From Gammaproteobacteria bacterium TMED78 (GTDB lineage: Bacteria > Pseudomonadota > Gammaproteobacteria > Steroidobacterales > Rariloculaceae), in contig NHEF01000010.1 of NCBI GenBank assembly GCA_002171615.1, positions 155,017-219,016 of the forward strand: a stretch of 64,000 nucleotides of DNA, given 5' to 3'. The stretch's first letter is position 1; the number at the start of each line of letters is the position of its first letter. Shown piece by piece: positions 1 to 9,158 of the stretch. A program made the translations under genes and the position numbers. A model generated the notes under the pieces. It was given only the letters and a program-made list of their open reading frames with translations, was not told the DNA's origin and searched no databases.

Positions 1-629
1 AAATTAAATTGCCTTAGCCTTCCATCTTCTCTTTTGGCTTTTATAAATTCCATAGCATCAGGATGACCTACATCAAAAGTACCCATCTGCGCCCCTCTTC
101 TCCCGCCAGCAGATGAAACTGTAAAGCACATTTTGTCATATATATCCATAAATGAGAGAGGTCCTGATGTGTATGCTCCAGCACCAGAAACGTATGCACC
201 TCTTGGACGAAGTGTTGAAAATTCATAGCCGATTCCGCATCCTGCTTTAAGTGTAAGACCTGCTTCCTGAACTTTTTCTAAAATTTCATGCATAGAGTCA
301 GCAATAGTTCCGGAAACAGTACAATTGATGGTTGAGGTAGCAGGCTTATGAAGTCCTGCTCCGGCATTAGACATAATTCTTCCTGCAGGAATAGCACCAT
401 TCTGTAATGCCCAAAAAAACTTTTCAAACCATATATCCTTTTTTTCTTCTGTTTCTTCAACTCCCGACAAAGCTTTTGCCACTCTCTCATATGTTGACAA
501 AACATCCTTATCTACTGGATCCGATGTTTTAGTCTTTAATCTATATTTAGTATCCCAGATACTTTGAGAGGCATCCTGAAGAGGAAGCTCAGAGAGGCTT
601 ATATGTTCTTTCTGTATAGCAGATTTCAT
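1..629 (-). CDS. nrdJ: Class II (adenosylcobalamin-dependent) ribonucleotide reductase, N-terminal ~209 codons; the rest lies beyond the left edge
   Basis: Hand translation of the minus strand from ATG (629-627): MKSAIQKEHISLSELPLQDASQSIWDTKYRLKTKTSDPVDKDVLSTYERVAKAL..FFWALQNGAIPAGRIMSNAGAGLHKPATSTINCTVSGTIADSMHEILEKVQEAGLTLKAGCGIGYEFSTLRPRGAYVSGA.. The frame stays open to position 1 and the motifs are typical of NrdJ. It is absent from the ORF track because there is no stop in the window; track ORF 278..505(-) is an out-of-frame shadow. Confidence 0.8.
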   Translation of the reverse strand, partial: MKSAIQKEHISLSELPLQDASQSIWDTKYRLKTKTSDPVDKDVLSTYERVAKALSGVEETEEKKDIWFEKFFWALQNGAIPAGRIMSNAGAGLHKPATSTINCTVSGTIADSMHEILEKVQEAGLTLKAGCGIGYEFSTLRPRGAYVSGAGAYTSGPLSFMDIYDKMCFTVSSAGGRRGAQMGTFDVGHPDAMEFIKAKREDGRLRQFN

Positions 630-745
630 GATAATAAAAAAATTCTCCAATATTTCTAAAAACAATACTCCGATTATTAAAAAAATATTATTACTGCGGA
701 CGAAAAATATATCGATCTAGAGTTTAATTTTTATTAAAACTGTAA

Positions 746-761
746 ACACAAGATCTAGTGA
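746..761. promoter_or_regulatory. NrdR-box-like palindrome ACACAAGATCTAGTGA, about 120 bp upstream of the nrdJ start
   Basis: 12/16 match to the remembered NrdR consensus ACACTATATATAGTGT, with 6/8 dyad symmetry. A weak half-box at 777-792 lies at 31-bp centre spacing. Confidence 0.35.
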
Positions 762-924
762 TTAATGCCTCTAGGTTAGGCATCTAGAGTGCTAGTGTCA
801 AGATTATTATATAAAAAATGATAAAAATAAATATATCTATATAAAACAATAACATAAGTAAGATACTTTTATAAGAAGTAGTCAGAAATATAGTATTTAT
901 ATAGTTTTCAATGAAATGGGCTAT

Positions 925-940
925 ACACTAGATATAGTAT
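925..940. promoter_or_regulatory. NrdR-box-like palindrome ACACTAGATATAGTAT
   Basis: 14/16 match to the remembered NrdR consensus. A weaker partner at 892-907 (AGTATTTATATAGTTT, 11/16) lies 33 bp away centre-to-centre. Confidence 0.35.
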
Positions 941-977
941 CCAACTATCCCCAAGTAACATACTAAAAATAAACATC

Positions 978-998
978 TTTTCCACAATGTTATCCACA
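978..998 (+). promoter_or_regulatory. Two direct DnaA-box 9-mers, TTTTCCACA (978-986) and TTATCCACA (990-998)
   Basis: Exact matches to the TTWTNCACA DnaA-box consensus, 12 bp apart, in the nrdJ/degP divergent intergenic region. Confidence 0.4.
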
Positions 999-1099
999 TA
1001 TTATTCTTTATTTTCAATTTTTTTAATTTATTAATTGTTAAGTATAAATAACGTATTTTATAATTACTTAAATAAAAACCTATTTTTGAAGGAAAAACC

Positions 1100-2488
1100 A
1101 TGCTAGTTAGAAGAAAATTTCTTATAAGAAGATCAGTTGTTACGCTATTTCTTGTTGTTAGCGCATCTATATTATTTTTAAATAATATAGCTAATTCTCA
1201 ACTAGCAAATCAGATCACAAGCCTATCACCTATAATAAAAAATGTTTCTAGTTCTGTAGTAAATATCTCTGTCAAAGGCACAGTAGAGGTTAGTAACCCC
1301 CTCACAGATGATCCATTTTTTAGGAGATTCTTTGATATGCCTCCAGATAGTAGAAGGGACTTCGAAAGCGCCGGCTCTGGAGTAATAGTAGATTCAGAGA
1401 AAGGCTATGTTATAACCAATCACCATGTAATTGAAAATGCGGATGAAATAACAATTACTCTTCTTGATAACCGAACCTTAGTCGCTGAAGTAATAGGATC
1501 AGATTCTGGATCTGATATAGCTCTACTAAAAGTTGAGCCAGATAATTTATCTGAAATGAAATTAGGAGACTCATCCAATATTGAAGTTGGAGACTTTGTT
1601 CTAGCAATTGGTAACCCTTTTGGTCTAGATCATACTGTAACTTCAGGAATAATAAGTGGTCTTGGAAGAACTGGAATTAATCCTGATGGATATGAAGATT
1701 TCATTCAAACAGATGCATCCATTAATCCGGGAAACTCCGGTGGAGCATTAGTGAACTTGAATAGTGAGCTAATAGGAATTAACTCTGCAATTCTCTCTGG
1801 GTCTGGAGGAAATATTGGTATTGGATTTGCAATACCAGTTAATATGGCTAAAAGCATAATGAATCAGTTATTAGATTTCGGAGAAGTAAAAAGAGGACTC
1901 CTAGGGGTAAGTATAGCAACTGTTACTCCAGAAATTGCTGAGACATACTCACTTACAAATGCATCTGGAGCATTTATTACTGATGTTGTTTCTGGCTCTG
2001 CAGCTGAGAAAGCCGGCTTACAGATAGGTGATGTAATACTTAAAGTAAATTCTGAAAATATTGAAGATGCTGGTGCTCTTAGAAACACAATAGGGCTTCT
2101 TAGGCCAGGGGATGAAATTTCAATAGATCTAATAAGAGATGAGAATGAAATTACTTTAGTTGCACTTCTTGATGAGCTAGGAGTAGATAACCCACAAGAC
2201 AAACAAGAAGAATTAGCCGAACTTGAGCCTTTTCTTCAAGGTGGATTCTTTATAGATAATAATGAAGATCTAGATGAGTATAACGGTGTATCAGGGATCT
2301 ATATAAGTAGTATACAAGATGGAAGTCCTGCTTCTCAAAGGGGCTTAAGGAGAGGCGATGTAATTACCCATATTAATCGTCAGAGAATTAATAATATTTC
2401 AGAAGCCAAAGAAGTGCTGGAGGATGCTAATTCTGTGATCCTTCAAGTCTTGAGAGGCAATAGAAATATATTGATACTAATTCGCTAA
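1100..2488 (+). CDS. Periplasmic HtrA-family serine endoprotease (DegP/DegQ-like) with two PDZ domains
   Basis: N-terminal signal/TM segment. Catalytic triad context TNHHVIENA, DIALLKV, GNSGGAL. Two PDZ-like repeats (GLLGV..GDVILKVN; GDVITHINRQRI). Confidence 0.92.
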   Translation: MLVRRKFLIRRSVVTLFLVVSASILFLNNIANSQLANQITSLSPIIKNVSSSVVNISVKGTVEVSNPLTDDPFFRRFFDMPPDSRRDFESAGSGVIVDSEKGYVITNHHVIENADEITITLLDNRTLVAEVIGSDSGSDIALLKVEPDNLSEMKLGDSSNIEVGDFVLAIGNPFGLDHTVTSGIISGLGRTGINPDGYEDFIQTDASINPGNSGGALVNLNSELIGINSAILSGSGGNIGIGFAIPVNMAKSIMNQLLDFGEVKRGLLGVSIATVTPEIAETYSLTNASGAFITDVVSGSAAEKAGLQIGDVILKVNSENIEDAGALRNTIGLLRPGDEISIDLIRDENEITLVALLDELGVDNPQDKQEELAELEPFLQGGFFIDNNEDLDEYNGVSGIYISSIQDGSPASQRGLRRGDVITHINRQRINNISEAKEVLEDANSVILQVLRGNRNILILIR

Positions 2489-2497
2489 ATCTAATTT

Positions 2498-3451
2498 ATG
2501 AAAATTTGTATTTTAGGAGGAACTGGCTTTATAGGTAGAAAACTTGCTATTTTTTTGGCAAATCAAGGATACTCAATAATCATCCCATCTAGAAACCCGC
2601 AGCTATTAAAAGATTTAAAAGTCCTACCAAGTGTCCAGATAATTCCCCTAGACCTTCACAAAGAAGAAGAAGTACTAAAAGTGGTTTATGGATGTGAGAT
2701 TGTCATAAATACAATAGGAATACTCAACGAAAAGAGAGGAGAAAAAAATAAATTCAAATATATCCATGTGAAATTTTTAAAGAAAATACTTTCTGCTTGC
2801 ATTCAGTCAAAAGTGCACCATTTCATTCACATTAGCGCCCTTAAAGCTAATGCAGAAAATGGCGCTAGTAAATACCTAAAAAGTAAAGGTGAGGGTGAAA
2901 AAATAATTAAACATCTCTCAAAAGATAAAATTAATTTTACTATATTGCAACCTTCTGTTGTGTTCGGGGAAAAAGATAATTTTATAAACCTTTTTACTCA
3001 ACTCATAAAAATTTTTCCAGTTATTCCTCTTGCAGGACATAAAACAAAATTTGCCCCTCTTTATGTAGAAGACTTATGTAAAATAATTCAACTATCAATC
3101 AATAACCATCGAACATTCAATAAAACACTTCAATTGTGTGGCCCAGAAGTTTTTACATTAAAAGAAATAATTATTAAAATAGCTAAAATCCATAGCATTA
3201 ATAGAAAAATAATTGGAATACCTAAAATACTTGCCTATGTTCAGGCTTTTATCTTTACTTATATCGTGCCAGGAAAGATCCTAACATTTGATAATCTTAA
3301 GTCTTTAAGTATAGATAGCGTATGCACAAAAAATGATCTCAAGCTTATCGGCTTATTAGATCTATCAGAATTAAGTCTAAAAATGAAAGAATACTTGAAT
3401 AAAGATGACCAACAAAAAAAATTTTCTAATCTCAGAAATAAAAAGGTATGA
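2498..3451 (+). CDS. NAD(P)H-binding atypical SDR (NDUFA9/epimerase-like)
   Basis: N-terminal GGTGFIGRKL Rossmann motif and 317 aa length. The stop overlaps the cca start (ATGA at 3448-3451). Confidence 0.75.
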   Translation: MKICILGGTGFIGRKLAIFLANQGYSIIIPSRNPQLLKDLKVLPSVQIIPLDLHKEEEVLKVVYGCEIVINTIGILNEKRGEKNKFKYIHVKFLKKILSACIQSKVHHFIHISALKANAENGASKYLKSKGEGEKIIKHLSKDKINFTILQPSVVFGEKDNFINLFTQLIKIFPVIPLAGHKTKFAPLYVEDLCKIIQLSINNHRTFNKTLQLCGPEVFTLKEIIIKIAKIHSINRKIIGIPKILAYVQAFIFTYIVPGKILTFDNLKSLSIDSVCTKNDLKLIGLLDLSELSLKMKEYLNKDDQQKKFSNLRNKKV

Positions 3452-4683
3452 AAATTTATGAGGTTGGTGGAGCTGTAAGAGATTCTTTACTTGGAGTTGA
3501 AATAAAAGAAAGAGACTGGGTAGTAATTGGAAGTAATGCTAAAGAACTAATTAATCTAGGATATAAAAAAATAGGTAAAGATTTTCCTGTATTCCTTCAT
3601 CCTAAAACTAAAGAAGAGTACTCTTTAGCAAGAAAAGAAAAAAAGATTGCTTCTGGCTATCATGGATTTAGCTTTGATACATCATCTACTATCTCTCTAG
3701 AAGATGACCTATTGAGAAGAGACCTAACTATAAATGCAATAGCTAGAGATAATAATAAAATAGTTGATCCTTTTAATGGGGTTAGTGATTTAAAGAAAAA
3801 ATTATTAAGGCATGTTTCTCCTGCATTTAAAGAGGATCCACTTCGAGTTATTAGAGTTGCTCGCTTTGCTGCAAAATTTAATAAACAAGGTTTTAAAATA
3901 GCACAAGAAACCTTGGAGTTAATGACAGAAATGTGTATGAATGGAGAAATAGATACACTTAGGCCAGAAAGAATTTGGCTAGAAACAGAGAAAGCATTAG
4001 CCACAGATAGACCAGATGTTTTTTTTACAACTCTAAAAGAATGTAATGCCCTCAAAATCATTTTTCCAGAAATAGATGCTCTATTTGGAGTGCCTCAGTC
4101 GAAAAAATCTCATCCTGAGATTGATACTGGTATACACATTATGATGTGTTTAAAAATAGTAGCAGAAATGACTAATGACAAAAAAATAAGATTTGCTACT
4201 CTAACTCATGACTTAGGTAAGTCATTAACAGATAAAAATATTTTACCTAAACATACGGGTCACGAAGAAAATTCAGTTCATATATTAAATAATTTTTTTA
4301 AAAAATTTCCAGTGCCAAATGACTATAAAGATATTTCTCTGGATGTAGCTAGATTTCATGGAGCTGTCCATAAGATTAATGAGCTTAATGCTGAAGAAAT
4401 TATGCAATTGATTGAAGGGATAGATGGAATTAGGAAGCCATCTAAAGTTAGCTCCCTCCTAATAGCCTGTGAAGCAGATCACAAAGGTAGAAAAGGGATG
4501 GGTAAGTCTTATTATAAGCAAAAGGATTTTTTCGAAAATATAATCAAAATAATAAAGGAAGTTAAGATTGAAAAAATATCATCTGATAAAAAAGGAAAGG
4601 ACATAGGGATATCTATTAGGAAAAAAAGAAAAGGTTTAATAGAAGAATTCCTATATAAAGAAAATAAAAATAATACCGGCTAA
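3448..4683 (+). CDS. cca: Multifunctional CCA-adding tRNA nucleotidyltransferase with HD domain
   Basis: MKIYEVGGAVRDSLLG, RDLTINA, HD-domain THDLGK; 411 aa, like E. coli Cca. Confidence 0.93.
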   Translation: MKIYEVGGAVRDSLLGVEIKERDWVVIGSNAKELINLGYKKIGKDFPVFLHPKTKEEYSLARKEKKIASGYHGFSFDTSSTISLEDDLLRRDLTINAIARDNNKIVDPFNGVSDLKKKLLRHVSPAFKEDPLRVIRVARFAAKFNKQGFKIAQETLELMTEMCMNGEIDTLRPERIWLETEKALATDRPDVFFTTLKECNALKIIFPEIDALFGVPQSKKSHPEIDTGIHIMMCLKIVAEMTNDKKIRFATLTHDLGKSLTDKNILPKHTGHEENSVHILNNFFKKFPVPNDYKDISLDVARFHGAVHKINELNAEEIMQLIEGIDGIRKPSKVSSLLIACEADHKGRKGMGKSYYKQKDFFENIIKIIKEVKIEKISSDKKGKDIGISIRKKRKGLIEEFLYKENKNNTG

Positions 4684-5433
4684 AAAAAGCCTATAAATAG
4701 CAAAAAAAACTAATCCTATTCTTTCAAAAAATTTAAGGAAAAAGTGGATCACAAAATAAGCTGTAAAAGCAGAGACCGTTAATCCAATTAAAAAACTACC
4801 CCAGGGTATGATAACCCCTTGTTTAAAAAAACTAAAAGATTGCCATATAACAGCCATACAAATTGCTGGAATAGACAATAAAAAAGAAAACTTTAAGGCG
4901 TGGATTCTATCTAAGCCAAGTAAAAGCGCAAAAGCTATTGTTATCCCGGATCTTGAAGTCCCAGGAATTAATGCTAGAGCCTGGCCTACTCCAATTAATA
5001 AAGCTATGCTTGAAGATAAATTGAGACCAGTTATGTTTTTTTTTCCTAAAATATCAGAAGCCCATAAAAATATTCCAAAAAAAGCAGTAGTAAATGCTAT
5101 CAATAGAGGAAGTCTAAAATTATTTTCAATATAATTTCCAAAAAGAAGACCCGCTAAGCCTAAAGGTATTGAAGCAATTATTATATTAATAAATAACCTT
5201 TGGCTTTCATCGTGCCTCTTAAGTAGCCCAGAAAAAATAAAAAATAAATCTTCTTTAAAATATAAAAAAACTGCAATCAATGATCCCCAATGGACTGCGA
5301 TATCAAAAGCTAAGCCTTGGTCCTCCCAGCCAAATATAGATGGTAGAATTATCAAATGGCCTGAGCTAGAAATAGGAAGAAACTCTGTTAAGCCCTGAAG
5401 AAAGGCTAAGAAAAAGATTTGTATAAACTCCAT
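4651..5433 (-). CDS. uppP: Undecaprenyl-diphosphate phosphatase
   Basis: Motifs LPISSSGHL and PGTSRSG in a polytopic membrane protein. The 3' end overlaps the cca 3' end by 33 bp on the opposite strand. Confidence 0.93.
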   Translation of the reverse strand: MEFIQIFFLAFLQGLTEFLPISSSGHLIILPSIFGWEDQGLAFDIAVHWGSLIAVFLYFKEDLFFIFSGLLKRHDESQRLFINIIIASIPLGLAGLLFGNYIENNFRLPLLIAFTTAFFGIFLWASDILGKKNITGLNLSSSIALLIGVGQALALIPGTSRSGITIAFALLLGLDRIHALKFSFLLSIPAICMAVIWQSFSFFKQGVIIPWGSFLIGLTVSAFTAYFVIHFFLKFFERIGLVFFAIYRLFLAGIIFIFFI

Positions 5434-5449
5434 ATTTATTGCCTATTAA

Positions 5450-6602
5450 TCATAGTCTCGTAATAAAAGATCGTCCTGAGATGGAGGGAGATTCTAAATT
5501 TTTTGTCAGTAACATCAATTTAAAAAATTCACCCATTTCTCCAGGCAAAATTAATTTTTTTATAGCCTGAGAAGTCAAATAATCATATGAAGAAAAGCTT
5601 TTATTGTCTAGTGAGTCTTTAGCTATATTATCAATAAGAAAATTACTTTGATTTGTATAACTACTTACTTCTAATCCTGACTCATAAGCCACTTCTGCAC
5701 AGGCTGTAAAGTTTACCCAACAGCTTATATCTTGTAAGCCAAGATAACTAAATGGATTATAATTATTTTTATGGCGATGATGACAAATCAAGGTTCCATC
5801 TTTTCTCTCAGGAGAATAATAGTCTTTTTCACTCATGCCGTAATCAATAATCAACAAAGCTCCTTTATTAATAAGCTCACTTATACTTCTTATCCATGCT
5901 GAAATATTATAAGAAATCTCGGAAGTATAATTTTCTGGTAATTGATAGCCTACACTAGACTCAATTGATTTTACCTTCATAGCTAATTCTTGGTCTTCAT
6001 CACCTACCATCCAGTCAAATCCATCGTTAACTTTACAAACACCTAGCGGCAAAACCCTATTTTTTTTTTTTCACAAATCTATTCACTGGCATAGCATCTA
6101 GTACTTCATTAGCTAATATTACGCCTTCAAAGGGTTGAGATGGTAAATTATCTAACCAACTAATCATTGATCTATATTTATTCAAATTCTTCTTCTGTCT
6201 CTCTCTAAGGACAGCACTTACTTCGAGAATTTTATACTCGATATCTAATGATTTATGTTCCAATAAATTTTTTAGTATATTTTTAGCTAAGATTCCACTA
6301 CCGGCACCAAATTCTATAATTTTTGGATTTTTCATCTCGCTTAGCATAGGAATTAGTTCGTTGGAAATTGCTTTAGCAAAAACAGGAGATAGCTCAGGAG
6401 CAGTAATAAAATCTCCTCTTATGCCAAACTTTTCAGACCTATTATTATAATAACCAAATTCTGGCTCATATAGGACATAGTTCATATAATCACTAAACGA
6501 CAGCCACCCCCCAGACATACCTATCTTATCTCTGAGTAGGTCTTCAATTGAAGCTGTTATAGCTTCTTCATCTTGACTTGCTTTAAATAATTTATCGGTC
6601 AT
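5450..6602 (-). pseudogene. MidA/NDUFAF7-like (COG1565, DUF185) SAM-dependent methyltransferase, reading frame broken at an A12 run
   Basis: The N-terminal ORF 6057..6602 has GDFITAPELSPVF, EFGAGSG and ANEVLDAMPVNRF, then ..VKKKK-stop. The C-terminal ORF 5450..6052 has ..LIIDYG..GTLICHH..QDISCWVNFT. Removing one A from the run joins them as ..RFVKKKNRVLPLGVCKVNDGFDW... Confidence 0.85.
6060..6071 (-). repeat. 12-nt homopolymer (A12 on the coding strand) at the MidA frameshift point
   Basis: Read directly: ...ccctat + ttttttttttt + cacaaatc. This is the longest homopolymer I noticed in the window, and the only one that breaks a frame. Confidence 0.95.
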
Positions 6603-6670
6603 TTAATCAAATATTTTTAACACTTATCAAAATCAAACATCTATAATATAGTAAAGACTTAGGAGAAAAA

Positions 6671-7435
6671 GTGAATACTTATATAAAAAAAGAATCTCTA
6701 GAAAGGAAGTGGTCACTTGTCACAGGAGGCAGCAAAAGGATTGGTGCAGATATAGCACGTGGCCTCCATAAAGAAGGATCAAATGTAATAATTCATTACA
6801 TGAACTCAAAAAGTGACGCTGATATACTTGTAAAATCACTAAATAAAATAAGATCAGGCTCTGCTATTTCTATTCAAGCAAATTTAAAAAAAATTCAAGA
6901 AATTGAATCTCTGATAAAAAACATCATTGATAGAGTCGGACAGCTAGATATATTAATTAATAATGCCTCAAGCTTTTATCCGACACCCTTAGAGAGTATA
7001 AATGAAGAACAATGGGAAGACCTGATATCAAGTAACTTAAAAGCTCCTTTATTTCTATCTAAAGCTGCACTACCCTACCTGATTAAAGCCAAAGGCGTAA
7101 TTATCAATATTGTCGATATTCACTCAAATAGGCCCTTAAAGAATCATCCAATTTATGGACCGGCAAAAGCTGGTTTAGCAATGCTTACAAGATCTTTGGC
7201 AAAAGATCTTGCGCCAAATATAAGAGTTAATGGTGTTTCGCCAGGGGCTATTCTCTGGCCACTAAAAGACGATATTCCAGAAAAAATAAAAAATCAAATC
7301 CTAAAGCAAACTGCGCTTAAAAGAGCTGGAGAGCCTTCTGATATAACCTCTACAGTACTTTTTTTAGTAAAAGATTCGCCTTATATAACTGGGCAAATAA
7401 TTGCAGTTGATGGAGGTAGGAGTATCGGCTGGTAA
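6671..7435 (+). CDS. folM: Short-chain dehydrogenase of the pteridine/dihydromonapterin reductase type (FolM-like)
   Basis: GTG start preceded by AGGAG. Motifs TGGSKRIGADIA, NNAS and YGPAKAG. It sits next to folB. Confidence 0.65.
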   Translation: MNTYIKKESLERKWSLVTGGSKRIGADIARGLHKEGSNVIIHYMNSKSDADILVKSLNKIRSGSAISIQANLKKIQEIESLIKNIIDRVGQLDILINNASSFYPTPLESINEEQWEDLISSNLKAPLFLSKAALPYLIKAKGVIINIVDIHSNRPLKNHPIYGPAKAGLAMLTRSLAKDLAPNIRVNGVSPGAILWPLKDDIPEKIKNQILKQTALKRAGEPSDITSTVLFLVKDSPYITGQIIAVDGGRSIGW

Positions 7436-7447
7436 AAAAAATTGAAC

Positions 7448-7807
7448 TTAATATCCTTCGGAGGTTCTTTGAATAGTAACGCCAACGAATGATGAGCTTT
7501 TCACCACTTTTATCTTGCTGACTTTTACTTTTACCCATTTTACTAAAAATTCTTCTATGATTAACTTACAAATTTTTTCTGCTAGAGTTTCTACTAAATT
7601 AAATCTAGATTCAGCTGTGAAAGAACTAACTCTCTCTGCTACTTCTTGATAATTTAGAGTAAAATCAATTGTATCTTTAATGGAGGCTGACTTTGCATCT
7701 ATAGACATCTCTATATCTAATCGTATTTTTTGTTTAGTCTTCTTCTCTCTATCCCATATACCTATAATCGCTTCAACTTCTAAATCTTCAATAAAAACTT
7801 TATCCAT
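7448..7807 (-). CDS. folB: Dihydroneopterin aldolase
   Basis: MDKVFIEDLEVEAIIGIWDREK.. resembles the E. coli FolB N-terminus. I place the start at the internal ATG (7807), which has an AAGGAA RBS. The track start at 7840 would overlap tsaD. Confidence 0.85.
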   Translation of the reverse strand: MDKVFIEDLEVEAIIGIWDREKKTKQKIRLDIEMSIDAKSASIKDTIDFTLNYQEVAERVSSFTAESRFNLVETLAEKICKLIIEEFLVKWVKVKVSKIKVVKSSSFVGVTIQRTSEGY

Positions 7808-7817
7808 ATATAATTCC

Positions 7818-8852
7818 TTAACTACTAAACCCCAATTCATCTATTTTCCACCTAGGCTTAATGAGAATAGGACTAGATGCTTTTTTACGTTGAGTGTATC
7901 GACGGTAACCGGTATAAGCAACCATAGCACCATTATCTGTACAAAAATCAGTCCTTGGATAGAATACATCTCTATCTATTTTTTCAGAAGCTAGCTTCAA
8001 ATTTAATCTTAATTTTTTATTTGCCCCTACCCCTCCTGCAATAATTATTCGCTCATGAGATTTTTCTGTTAAAGCAAAAATACATTTACTTACTAATGTA
8101 TCAACAACAGCATGTTCAAATGAAGCTGCTATATCTGACCGGATAAGCTCTATTCTCTCAACATCTTTATTTGCTTTAAATTCTTTCTCAACAGTTAATC
8201 TAACAGCAGTTTTTAATCCACTAAAACTAAAATCAAAACCTCTATTTTTTAGTGGGCGAGGAAAATTATATTTCAAGGGGTCTCCTTTTAGAGCTAACTT
8301 TTCAATATTTGGCCCTCCTGGCTGAGGAAGTGATAATAATCTCGCAACTTTATCAAAGGCTTCCCCGGCCGCATCGTCTAATGATGAGCCTAGTATTGAA
8401 TATTTTCCAAATTCTTTTACCTCTACTATCATAGTATGCCCACCAGACACTAATAAAGCTAAAAAGGGAAATCTAGGAGGATCACGCTCAAGCATTGGCG
8501 AAAGCAAATGTGCTTCCATATGATGAATAGGGATAACTGGTAGGTTTGATCCAAATGATAACGCATGTGCTATTGTGCCTCCTACCATCAAAGAACCAAT
8601 CAATCCAGGACCTGCTGTATATGCTATTCCAGATAAATCACTTAGAGAAATATTTTGGTTATCAAGAAGCTTCTTTATCATTGGCAAAAGTATAGCTATA
8701 TGATCCCTTGAAGCTAATTCGGGAACTATCCCACCAAAAGGCTCATGTATCTTAGTCTGACTATATATCGAATTCTCTAGTAGTCCTCTTTTAGAATCAA
8801 AAAGAGCAACTCCAGTTTCATCACAGCTAGATTCTATTCCCATTATTATCAA
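7818..8852 (-). CDS. tsaD: tRNA N6-adenosine threonylcarbamoyltransferase
   Basis: GIESSCDETGVAL and HHMEAHL motifs; 344 aa; conserved position divergent from rpsU. Confidence 0.95.
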   Translation of the reverse strand: MIIMGIESSCDETGVALFDSKRGLLENSIYSQTKIHEPFGGIVPELASRDHIAILLPMIKKLLDNQNISLSDLSGIAYTAGPGLIGSLMVGGTIAHALSFGSNLPVIPIHHMEAHLLSPMLERDPPRFPFLALLVSGGHTMIVEVKEFGKYSILGSSLDDAAGEAFDKVARLLSLPQPGGPNIEKLALKGDPLKYNFPRPLKNRGFDFSFSGLKTAVRLTVEKEFKANKDVERIELIRSDIAASFEHAVVDTLVSKCIFALTEKSHERIIIAGGVGANKKLRLNLKLASEKIDRDVFYPRTDFCTDNGAMVAYTGYRRYTQRKKASSPILIKPRWKIDELGFSS

Positions 8853-8933
8853 TTACTTCTCCAATCACTTTGCATATAAAGCAAATAAAAGATATTATTG
8901 ATAGTTTACAGAACTAAATAATATAAGGAAAAC

Positions 8934-9149
8934 ATGCCAAGCATAAGAGTTAAAGAAAATGAACATTTTGAAGCCGCCCTTAGGCGCTTTAAGCGCTCAT
9001 GCGAAAAAGCAGGAATACTTACCGAGCTCCGTAAAAGAGAACACTACGAAAAGCCAACTCAGGAAAGAAAAAGGAAGAAAGCTGCTGCTGTAAAAAGACA
9101 TGTCAAATCAAATAACCAACACTCTGGTAGACGTGTTCGTTTATACTAA
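8934..9149 (+). CDS. rpsU: 30S ribosomal protein S21
   Basis: [27 protein letters not shown] is near-identical to the enterobacterial S21 N-terminus. Confidence 0.97.
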   Translation: MPSIRVKENEHFEAALRRFKRSCEKAGILTELRKREHYEKPTQERKRKKAAAVKRHVKSNNQHSGRRVRLY

Positions 9150-9158
9150 AAAATTAAT

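Noticed and set aside
278-505. Track ORF (75 aa, minus strand) inside the nrdJ region
   Set aside because: It is out of frame with the clearly homologous NrdJ reading frame on the same strand, and its sequence is Lys/Leu-rich with no motif. It is a shadow ORF.
630-1099. Possibility that the long AT-rich spacer with DnaA boxes is the chromosomal origin (oriC)
   Set aside because: Only two DnaA boxes and two GATC sites are present. There is no AT-rich 13-mer array that I could recognise and no dnaA/dnaN/gidA/mioC/rpmH context. Regulatory DnaA boxes are the more economical reading.
630-1099. Cobalamin riboswitch in the nrdJ leader
   Set aside because: There is no GC-rich B12-box-like core or multi-stem structure in this very AT-rich leader. 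B12 riboswitches normally repress B12-independent isozymes, not a B12-dependent reductase.
7808-7840. 11-codon N-terminal extension of folB overlapping the tsaD 3' end
   Set aside because: FolB homologues start at MD.VFI... The internal ATG has an AAGGAA RBS and removes the overlap.
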